The notes under the pieces: model-generated
Database searches by the model: none
What the model was told of the DNA's origin: nothing
The model's input: the letters and a program-made list of their open reading frames with translations, nothing else
NCBI GenBank assembly: GCA_030704615.1
Contig: CM060731.1
Location: 23,560,001-23,624,000, forward strand
Length of the DNA: 64,000 nt
Reading direction: 5' to 3'
From: Takakia lepidozioides
Lineage: Eukaryota > Plantae > Bryophyta
Translations under genes and position numbers: made by a program
Part shown: positions 35,300 through 46,087 of the stretch, in pieces
Position numbering within the stretch: the first letter of the stretch is position 1
Layout of the letters: the number at the start of each line of letters is the position of its first letter

Positions 35300-36718
35300 A
35301 GTTGCACTCCCCCAGCTTCAGTTGGGGTCTTGCCATTGCGCGGGGAAGGTGTCTTCCCATCGAACATTGTCGGCAAAGCGGGTGCAGAGCAAGTTGCTCT
35401 TGTCCCAGGTGAGGTCGAAATCATGGAGCAGTTTGTCCATGCGTTGTGTCGAGCACTTGGAAATAACTGCAGACAAGGTAACCCAGGTCTTCCTCCCTTC
35501 AGTCATCAAAGCAAGGTAAAAAATTGTTCTAATGCTGGGGCGTCTCCCCTGGTACTTGTTACAGCGAGATCTCCATACATTCCAGAGAGTGTGTGCCCTT
35601 AAGCAAGCCCAGATAGGGCAAGATAGTGTTGGGCTCCCTGGGTTAATGTTAAGCAGGAGCTGAATCGCGGGGGGAGGTTGCTGAAACAACAGCCAGTTGG
35701 AATAGAACCGGAGTACCAGATACCATTTGTGACTGACCATAGGGCAGAGAATTAAGCAATGTTCCAATGTTTCTGTAGAGTTGGGACAACTGGGGCAGTT
35801 TTGTGGTCCATCCGAGAAATTACTGTTGACAGGCATAATCTTATGTGCCACTTTCCACAGGAACCCCGAAACTTTGGCACTTCTGTCTTTCCGCCAAATT
35901 TCTTTCCAGATTGTTTTCCATTCATCTCTGCCTCCCAGAGCGGTACCCCACTTCCCATGCCATTTCGCAAAGAAGGAGAGGGGGGGTAAGAGTAGGGAGT
36001 ATCATTTTTTGACTGTGTATCCAAAGAAAGGTGATTTTCCTTATCCATCCGAGTCCATTCGCCTGGATCGAATTGTAGGCCCTGTAGTGGGTGTTTAAGG
36101 AACCATATGAAGGAATTGTGCACAACCCAGTGTATGGGGTCCCCCACAGGGGGGTGAGGGTTATTGTTCCCTTCGGCATCAATGACCCTGATTGGAAACA
36201 AGGCCTGGGTACTGACTACATTGTGCCCTGTGTATCTTAAAAGCCCCGCTTTGTTAGCAGAGAAGGTAAGCCCCGAAGCCAAGATATCTTTAAATTCGAG
36301 CACCAGAATGACCTGGGAATCGCCTTGGTTTTGTTCAGCCAGCCAAATTGGTGCTTCGTATTTGTTGCTGTCGGTTCTCATCAGTGCCTGAATGTAGTCT
36401 GGGATCTGGAGCTTGAAGGAGTCCCAGGCATTGGCCCGTTTGGCGCCCATCAGGGAAGAGCTCCTGCGAGGTGATGAAAGAACCATTCTCCCAAATGTTC
36501 CATAGGTGAGTGAAGCCTTTACTTTCCCAGTAGGCCCATTTGGCTTTGAATTGGAGAAGGGGTTCTGAGTCCATGTTGTAGTTCCCAAACAACGATTGTC
36601 TTGAACTCTCAGCAAAGTTCCTTGGCATGCGTTGGGTGAGGTTCCCTCTTATGTGTGTCCAAGCACTCCAAATGGATTGCCAAGCAGCTGATCTCAGTTT
36701 CTTCCAGTTTTAGCCTGG
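35300..36718 (-). mobile_element. 3' part of the L1/Tx1-type LINE ORF2 with zf-RVT-type zinc finger
   Basis: WQSIWSAW, RQSLFGN, FLWKVAHK, CPSCPNSTETLEHCLILCP, LWNVWRSRC. Confidence 0.85.
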
Positions 36719-37749
36719 TCACGTGAGCGCGTGAGCGCAACTACGCCACGTCACCTTGCGCCAATGCCACATCACGGGGCTCACTCCACGTCATCACACT
36801 TGAAGGCCGCGTCACCACGCGCCCAGGAAGAAGTGGAGTGTATTCCCGCGGATTGGCACCCTTTACCGCGGAAACAAGCTGGACGACATAATAAAAGGCA
36901 GTGGTCATTCCCACCTGAAAGCAACAGATGAATAAAGGATGGATGAATGTACAGTTGGATGATAAACAGATGGATGAGTGTGAAAAATGAATGTAGATGG
37001 ATGAATGAGGGATGGATAAGAGTCAAATGGATGAATGTATAATGGATGTTGAACAATGGAAAACATTCATGACATGAAGATGCATGACTAAAACTTTAGA
37101 CGAATGCACAACGTATATGACATGAGTGTGGTAGGTTTGTGGGGTGGATTAAAGAGTACAGAGGACGAATGTACAATGGATGTTGAACAAAGGAAAACAT
37201 TCATGAATGGAGCACGCATGAATACACTGTAGATGAAAGCACAATGGATATGACAAGAGTGAGGGAGGTTTGTGAGATGGATTCATACATATTGCAATTT
37301 AAATGGTAGTTGATTCTTTGATTATTTTTCTTTCCAAATGAACAACTACGGTGGAGGAAGGGGATTCAACGCTTTCCAAAGAGGTTGAAACAGAATATTA
37401 AAAGAACATAGTTCAGTCTGACTCAGAGTCAGTACAATGTATCCCCGCTTCCTCTGCATCTAAGTCTAAGTATTTAAGAACTCCGGATCTACGCTGGCTA
37501 CACCTACGGCCGGGCAGTAAAAAGTCAGGGGATAGGGACTCGGCCGCGTGAAGTGCCATTGCTTCGGCATAATCAGGAAGCAGAAAATTGGAAAGGGGGC
37601 TGTCGAAAACAGACTCGTCACAAATGACTGTATCTCCTGAAGATCCACCGCTGCCTTTCCTGAAAGACAGCCTGAAAAAGTTATTACTGTAACTTTGATG
37701 TTATTGAGAAATTGAGTATGGCTCCCAAAGTGGGTTTAGCACTTACTCT

Positions 37750-40700
37750 AGTCATTGTCGACCTGCTTATCTTCGGGATCGTCATCATTTTGAATTTGAA
37801 TCCGATCAGTCTGTGTGCCTGAAGTGGAGCTAGACAAAAGGGGGAGGAGCACTATGTTGTAGAGGTCAGAATCACCCTCCATGCCAAAAAGGCTTCTTCC
37901 GCCTGCCTTGCATGCATGGTAAGTTGCTCCTGCACCAGACAGGAGGACATGAACAGTTTGGTGGGGGGGATTTACACAGATGGAACTGGTGAAAGAAATT
38001 CAATTCGGAAGGGAGAGAACGAACTTGTGGACATAGAAAGATGACTCCAGCAATATTTGCATGAACGCTGGGGATTTTTCCTTTGCACCTCTCCAGGGAG
38101 TGCCATCTGGTCTCGTCAGAGTCTGACTGGACTGCATGAAATTGTACAAAATGTCATCGACATACGACGAAACAACCCTGGTCAGAATTCTCAAAGTTGC
38201 GGATGGAGGATGGTGTCTTTGAGGTGCGAATCCTCCGCAGGCAGATCGCCTCGAACATCCTCGTCTGCCAAAGATAGCAGGTTAGTGTGGTAAACACAAT
38301 CTATAGTGGAAGTGTGTACATCGGCTATTCAGATTTCAGGCATAAAACAAATCATTTTTATCACGAATCGGTGATGATCGGTGTCGATCATGACAGATTC
38401 TTCTAGAGTGGAGCTGCAGAGAACATTGAAACTCATCATGAAAGCACAAGCAGAAGGGAGACGACATACCAGCTGACCAGGGAAACCCCCTTTCGCAAGG
38501 TAGAGGCTGTTCAGACAATTCTATGTGCGCAAAACTTCAAACCCTGAAGACTTCAGGTATGATGCCAATGCCCGACGACTATCTTTGTCACATGACTGAA
38601 AAAAGCAAAAGTGTCCCTGCATCAGAGAGGAAATTATTACAAAACCCGAACACCCAACTCCAGTAGTTGTCCTCGAATTTGTTCCAGCCTGACGTCTTGC
38701 CCTTTGGAAGAACTTCTGGCATAGCCTGGCCATCCGGGATGTCGAGAATGACAATGTCAGCCACATACGTTTTCTGCACACCGCACACGAAGGTGAGACT
38801 AGTGCTCACCTGCAACAGACATGTTTATTTTAAGAACGATGACAAGAATGTTTTCAAAGAACCAGATTGAAATACTGCCAATGAAACTTTCAGAGAAAAA
38901 GGAAAGAAACTGGAATTCTCACCAGATTGAGGAATGAGATTACGTTGTCCCAGGTAGGCGAAGGCACCCCAGTGTATCCTCTCTTTCGACTCTGCATCAT
39001 CAATAGCCAACACTCATTGACAATTTTAATCTCTCTTGCCGAATCAGAACGGGAAGGGTGTGGCTTGGCATCGAACACACACTGAACTGTGTGGGTATAT
39101 CTTCCAGCAGTGAAGTCCTGCCCACTCTCATTTTCCTTCTCCATCTCCTTTTCTTTCTCCTTCCCCTTGTCCTTTTCCTTTTCCTTCTCTTTGGACTTGT
39201 CTTTGTCCTTTGGCTTTGCTGGTGAGATGACTATGACATCAGGAGCCTTGTCTTTTGGTTTGCGGTCCGCCTTCTTTCCCTTCGGCGGCGTTCCTTGAGC
39301 ATCAGGCTCCTTGGCAGCCAATGTTGCTATGTTTCTTTGGTACTGCTCGTCAGTCAGAGGTGCCAGCATCTCAGCATTATTGTTCAAATATTTCATGTGC
39401 TATTCTTGAAAGGTCGTGTGCTCCGGTGGGCAGTCAAGCCTAATGATTTCTCAAAAGAGGCAAAATCATTGGATGGAAACTGAATGTCGGCAACGACATT
39501 CAGAAACTCGAGTAAGGAACCCTCCCTAAAAACTCAATGGATATTCAAAACGTACATAACACTGAGGACCTCATAAATAACACTGGATGTGAATGGTGTC
39601 AACGCCATTCACAAAATTCTGAACAAGGAACCAATAAATACACCCTAAGCTCATAATCCATGTAAATTCAAATTGTCGCTGGTGAATGACACAAACATAG
39701 AAGGGAATGTTGTCAACGACATTCACTTTGGATCTCTAATAACACAGCTAATCAAGCCTCAAGATTTCTCGCAAGAGGCAAAAGCATTGCAGAACAACTG
39801 AATATTTGCAGCTCAAAAAGCGCGCCGTCATTGTGCTGGATCAGACTTTGAAGGACTTGAACATTTCGATTGTTTCCCCTCCCCAAATGTCATTGGAGGC
39901 ATACATAAAGAAGTGGAGAGATCTCACTTGGAGATACTGTTTTTTCCGGGAGTTCTCCAAAGATGGTAACATTTTACGGTCCAACGACTTTGACAGTCAG
40001 GTTGGAGGAGAGTGGGCCATGATGCGAGTTGTGTATAGGTGCAATATCATACTGGAAACTCTACTGTACTTTTTGGGAAATAATTAGGGTTCATAAGGAT
40101 TGTAATCATAGATCCAAATTGAATGTCGTTGACGACATTCACTTCTTTGTCTGAGTCATTCTTAAGTGAGAATTTGAATTCACCTGGATTAGGAGCTTAG
40201 GGTGTATTTATAGTGTCCCTGATTAAAATTGATAATGTCCCTGAATGGCGTTGACGACATTCACATCTAGAGTTGTTAAGAGATCCTCAGAGATATGTAA
40301 GTTTTTGTAATGTCCATAGAGTTTACAATGAGGGTTCCTCACTCTAGTTTGCTGAATGTCAATTCAGCATCACTAATTCCTTCCACCTTTGTGCCAGGCT
40401 GTATGGTGCTCTTTGGGAACTGATTCAAGTCCTTTACTATCTGATCTGAGTTCCATATCTCCAGCCACCTTATTTTTGTTTGTGGGTCGACCATGGATAT
40501 GGCCAGCCGGTGCAATTTCTCCTGCTGCATCTCCGGATGCACATGCTTGTCATAGTGAGATTTGATCTGCTGAAGGAACTCAGAACCAAGTCCAGGATCT
40601 ACTATTCTAAGCTGCTTTCCGAAGGCGGACATCAATTTGGTTCTTTGCATTTCAGACTCCTTTTTTATTGCTGCTTCCACACCCTTTGATGTCATTAGTT

Positions 40701-41611
40701 CCTCTGGTGTAGTGCGGTAATATTCGGATTTTCCCTTCTCAGCTGCCTCTGCCAGTTCTTGTTGCATTGATTCAAATAGTGATTAGCACCGAAGGAACTA
40801 CAAACATGTATTCGAAAAGTAAACTGAGTACAGACTCGGGCTTACCGCATACATGTACTCCAGAAACGCCTCTCGAGTCAAAGAATACCAAGTGCCTGCA
40901 GCTCTTCCTGTTTCGCACTTCTTGATTATATTGGGGTGGAGTACTGTCCGAAAATCATCCAGCTTCATCAGACCAATCCTCTGAATTCGGAATAGTGTGT
41001 GGACCAAGCTTGTTGTCACATGCGATTTCTCTGTCGATCTGCAAAAACATTGGAAACATTGCATTCCTTAACACTGTTTTTTTGGGATTAACAAGATACT
41101 ACAGAGGGAATGAAGTCTCTAGGATGACTTACTTGTTCACGTCGTGCATAGCTGTAAGAAGCCTAGTGATGTCATTTCCAGGATCCAAAACCATTGTCTC
41201 CACAACAACATGCTTGTCTTTGTCTTTCGCATGATGTTTCTGAATATATCCCATCCATGCCAGCAATCGGTGGTTGCCGTCCCAGACGTAAAACATGTGG
41301 TTGCAGAATTGCTGGGTGTTCTTTCCCATCATGAGGCCCAGCTCGAACTCCTCATTAGCATCTTTCCAGCACTCATCCCAGGTATCACTGATCTCTGGAG
41401 ACACTAATGTGTTTTTCCCATTTGTATCCGTCAGTGACATATAAAAAACTTGTGCACCAAGTTTGTATCCATGCACGAAAGTAGTTTCTAATTTTTAATG
41501 TCATGGGAGCACGTCCCTTTTAACCTCCTGAGAGTTTACCTTCTGGAATGACATGAGTTCTTTCACCTTGTCAAGGTAGTGCACTTCAGATTCATCATAT
41601 TCTTTGCTCAT
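37750..41611 (-). pseudogene. Intron-containing ParB/Srx-like domain + beta-class N4C/N6A DNA methyltransferase-like gene (decayed)
   Basis: ParB-like FYVWDGNHRLLAW (~41290); KEKE low-complexity linker; motif IV-like DIVILDIPDG (~38745); FLSDAGTLLLF; WRGAKEKSPAFMQILLES; post-motif-I GATYHACKAGGRSLFGMEGD (~37875-37930). GT-AG introns. Confidence 0.68.
39482..40345. repeat. Inverted repeat arms carrying five copies of the palindrome GAATGTCGTNNACGACATTC
   Basis: Copies at 39482, 39591, 39705, 40121 and 40243. 39495-39740 aligns to the reverse complement of 40110-40355. Confidence 0.8.
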
Positions 41612-41698
41612 TCTTCAACTGTGTTCTGGAAACATCAGTAAACCGATTTACACTGAAGGTATACGATAGCAAGGTATCAACGTACGCGAGGAAGGAAG

Positions 41699-44600
41699 AT
41701 GGCTTCCTCTGAAGTGGAGTTCTTCTCTGACGACAAACCAGTGCCGTTCTCCCAGGAAATCCTTGACAATGGATTTGCAATTGTTCTGGAACATGTCTTG
41801 GCTACCCGTTTTGAGCTTCAGAATGGCTCCATCTTTTTGGAGAAAGAGGTGTACAATTTGAAAGGGAAGTTGTTGAAATACTCTTTCCAAAACCGTAATG
41901 AGACGGCTCATGTCAGCCAGTGGAGAGTGCGCCCTGGTCGATACAGAGTACTTGGAGAGCCTCGGCGAAAGTCCCTTGGATCATATGTGACGCCCGAGAC
42001 TGCTGCTTCGGTCGTTGAAGACAAGAGGGAGGTGGTGGTGAAAAAAGAACATACGTCCTCCACTCCAATCGTTGAGCTTTCGGATTCGTCCGATGATGAC
42101 ATAAGTGAAATTTCAAATCCAGTCCTTCCTACTGTGGTTGGAGAAGCTGATGTAGAAGAGATTTGTAGTGTCATTCCAAAACTACGGGCGATGGGAGGAA
42201 TGGCTGGATTCAAAAGTGAGTTGCGAGGAATTGATTGGGAATCTTTGAAGCAGGTGCCTGTGAAGTTCTTGCCAGAGACTTTTGATGGCGATATCCTATT
42301 CGAGCCGCCACCTCCTCCGCGAGTTGGAGGTGTAACGATCATGATGCATGGAATGGACAAGAAACACGACGGGCACCCGTGGTGCAGAACAAAAACATCC
42401 AATATTCAGAATGATGACAAGCTTGTTTTCAGGAGAACAGTTTGCAATGGACTCCTTAGGTGTGATAATTTGAATTGCAGACACTTTCTTTAGTCTGGGG
42501 TTCATAATCAAAGCGAATGAGAGGGTCTGGCGGAAAATCCATTTCAGCCTGGGACTGCCCCACCACCGGCAAACACTTTCGTCTGCAAATTCTGCAAACT
42601 TGTGCCATCCTGCTTGGCGCTCTGCGGAGCAAGAATGTACTATGTTGTCCACCGTTTGAAAACATGTGTGCATTTCAGATTCCATAACCATCCTGTCTCG
42701 AAGGGGGATTACAGGGAGAGTGTTGAGACAGTATCGAGGTTGATTAAACAGGAGTTCGGGAGAAACCCATCTGCAACAACATCTGCAATTGCTCTTAGCA
42801 CAAACAAGTCCTTCTTGGAAAGCCATATTTTGAATGAAAGGGATTCCGTGGGGACTAAACTTGACAGTGCAGCATTGGACCTGGTCATGGATCATTTCTC
42901 CACTTTGAGTTCACTTAACATTCGGCATCAAATCAATGCATTAAGAATGGGCTCTGGTATCAGAGGCTACATAGACAACATTTTGGAGTTGAAACGAGTG
43001 AGCAAGTACGATTACATCCAGGACAATGTATTCCTAGGTCAAGGTGCCATCAAAGTTTTTCTTTTCAAAATGTCGACTGTTGGAGATGGCAGTGGGGTTA
43101 GCCTCGTGAAGCGGATGCAGAAGACTGGGGACTTGCAGAACTGTTTTCTTATGTTTGATCATGTGAAACGAGTGAAGGATTGGACGACAATGGCTTGTCA
43201 TGTCTACGATCCAGTGTACCAACGAGTTATGACAATTGCAGTTTGTGACATGCAATCCGAGGATACGGAATCCCAAAAGCTCATGTGGAATTCCCTGATA
43301 CGTGTCATGGGCTGCCATCTCCAAATTTCGCAAGTTTCATGGCGGATAGTGCTCAAGCAAATTTCAATGTTGTTCGTATTGTCTTCGGATCGGGCGACCC
43401 AAAAGTGCCAATGCGAGGAAGAGAACGTACATGTCTATTCCATCGGACACAATCTCTGGAAAAACATACAAAGTCGGACATCAAACCAGAGATGCAGACT
43501 CAGCACCGTAAATTGTGCAAATAGTACAAAGATGCTAGAACAATGAAGGAGGCGGACACTTTGTTCCAGACAATTCGTGCCTGGTGGTTCTCTTCTGGAG
43601 CTGCATCACTTGAGAGTATGAGAGCATTGGAAGATTGGCTGGCGTTTTGGCACTTCCGGTATAGACAGTGGGGAGCAGCCATGGCAGTGGTACGAGGCTA
43701 ATATTTCTTGCTTTATTCATACATTTACTTTCTATTTTATTGTCTCCTCGCTTTCTTTATGTTGTTTCCTGTTCACTGTTTTGAAGTGTGGTTCTCCACT
43801 TTGCAGAACATGTCCATTGAGGAAATGGCGGACATGCCATCTTGCAATTTGGCAGAAACTGTGCACAACGCATGGTTGCAGCAGTCTGGGAAACGAGGTC
43901 GGGATTTGTATGTGGCAACAACAGATGATTTGATACGTGCCTTGCAACAACAAACCCGATACTGTGTTTTCTTGCGAGGTGGGGTTGGTGGCAAGGGTCC
44001 GGACAAATGGGAGTTGATGTTGCGTGCTGCAAACAGATCTGGGGATCCAATCAAGATAACACGGGCGGTGAGCATGTATGCCCAGGGAACGCCACTTGTT
44101 TCTAGAGTTCCACATCTTGAAGGGGAAGAGAGATTCGGCTCCTGTAAGAGGAAATTGAACATTCCACCTGGTTCGGATTCCGATTCGCACAGGGTAGACC
44201 GTGATAACTTCTTGAAGCCTCGTGTTCCTCTACATGACAGCTCCATGTCCGGAACCTCCATTCTGGAGGAACCTCCAACACGACGGTAAGCTCCAGCATC
44301 AAACAGTGCCACTGAAATGGTGCAGGAGAGAAACAACCCCCTTGAAGTGCTTGAGTCCGCATGCCTCGACCACGTTTGGCACATAGAACGCACAAGTGCA
44401 GGGTCTCGTGTGAAATGTACAGCGATTAGGGCAACTAATTTCGAGAAGTGCACTTCATCTATATCCAGAGGTGGTGCCCGAACTCCTGCTCCGACTTTCA
44501 CGGGTTTGATGCGTCCATACGGTCAACCAGAAGCCAAGAACCACAAGTTCTGGTTCTGCGCAGATGATTGTGTCAGATGTGTGCGTGGAACTATGCGTCC

Positions 44601-45218
44601 TTCCGTAGTGTTGAAGCCATCTCCTCCAACCGTTTGGCCCGTGAAGGTGGGAACACATCTCAGATTTCAGGAGATTGAAATGCTGGAGGAGGCAGACTTT
44701 TCCCTTGCGAGACAACCCCAACTCCATGCATGTGCTACTACTTCTGCGTCCTCCCGGCAAATCCTGACTTGTGGCCAACCAAACGAGATGGAAAGCTCGT
44801 TCGGTGTTTCCCTCCAACCGCTGAACACTTTGGCAAAGTGGAGTCCTCAAGAATGCTCCAAGCTCATGTTGGAAGCACCACGGAAGTGCCCGATCCAGGA
44901 TATGGTCGGGTATTCACAATCATCACTTCCACATCTGCTGTTCATGACAGGACCTACGACATCACGGTTTCCAATTTCCCCAATTGCACATGTCCTGATT
45001 TTGTGAATATGCTATCAACCAGTTTGGGCAAGAGAGGTAAATTCATACCCTGCAAACATTTGTATTTCATATTTTTGAAGAGGATGGTTTGCGATCCCAA
45101 ACGTGACAACTTCATTCACCAGGCCACTATGAGTTTCAACGAGGTCGATACTCTATTACAGCGGGATACAACACATGGGTACCATCAACTATGCAATGTG
45201 GTATGTGGACGACCATGA
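41699..45218 (+). pseudogene. Mutator-like DDE transposase with GCM-like DNA-binding domain and C-terminal SWIM finger (frameshifted)
   Basis: GCM-like WCRTKTSN...CNGLLRC...C..C...C...HNHP; MFDHVKR (D1), FMADSA (D2), CLFH (CxxH), CNLAETVH (E); SWIM CTCPDF...CKHL. Probable intron at about 43690-43808. Confidence 0.78.
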
Positions 45219-45749
45219 TTTGAAATGTGTAATTCACATCAATTCGTCGGCGGTGCAATGATATGGCCTCCAACTATACTGAGTGAGCTCTGAGTGACAA
45301 CTTTTAAAAGCACATTTGTCATTGCACCGTTCGAAGTTTACATGTCTTGCTGTCGCTATGCACTACAATCATCTTTTGAAGATGATCCCAACTCTCATTG
45401 TTATTTGAGGAGGGATAAAGGTCTTCCCGTGGCAGCCTCTATGGCGCACACTTTGTGAGGATATTTTTTCGTCCTCGTAATTGTAAAAGTGAAACAAACA
45501 TTTGTAATTGCACAATGTTGGATGCTACAATTGTAGGCCTCATGGTAGTCTTGATTCTATTTAGGCACGATTCCCTGCATTAATTCTACGGTCATAGGAC
45601 CATCCTCGGTTATAGGCGGCGCATGTTAATGCTGACGTGACAGATGTCGGACAGTGCCACGTCATCATTTGCCACCACATCAGCATGCTGACATGACGCT
45701 CACGCCACGTCACTTCTGCGTGAGCGTACGCTCGCGCGCTCACGCCATT

Positions 45750-46087
45750 GCGTCGTTGCATCAGTCTGCTCCAAGGAGAAAGGTGATGAGACATAGCTCT
45801 GGGAACCCATTTAGCCAGTAATGCCATGATTTGCTTGCCTGGGTCCAGAAATCCTAGACCCCCTAGAGCTTTTGGTTGACACAATTGATCCCAGGATAGG
45901 AGGGCTCGCTTCTTTGGGGAGTCCGTGGTAGTCCCCCACAAGAAGTTACGGATTAGTGCCTTTATTTGGCAAACCAGCTTTGAGCCCGGGCCCAGACTGC
46001 CGCAAAGAACCAAATTGAGGAAATGAGAATCTGGTTTACCACAAGGGTCCTTCCTGCCACTGACATCATAGTTGAACTCCAGAATGC
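45750..46087 (-). mobile_element. Middle part of the LINE ORF2 (directly after RT)
   Basis: AFWSSTMMSVAGRTLVVNQIL...RNFLWG...SWDQLCQPKALGGLG continues the reading interrupted at 1759 and shares TSD GCATT. Confidence 0.88.

Larger units (their letters stand above)
36722..45744. mobile_element. ~9-kb Mutator-like DNA element with two divergent genes, inserted in the LINE
   Basis: LINE ORF2 continues on both sides. 18-bp inverted ends CGTGAGCGCGTGAGCGCA (36722-36739) vs reverse complement of 45727-45744 (16/18). No clean TSD found. Confidence 0.72.

Noticed and set aside
39482-40262. Regularly spaced palindromic repeats as a CRISPR array
   Set aside because: Spacers are ~90-100 bp or more and homologous across inverted arms; no cas genes; eukaryotic intron context.
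37750-41611. Bacterial contamination as the source of the ParB/MTase gene
   Set aside because: It has GT-AG introns and sits inside a plant LINE next to a eukaryotic transposase.
43732-44850. Long antisense ORFs over the transposase (similar ones over the PPR and IDD exons)
   Set aside because: Shadow frames of real coding sequence on the other strand.
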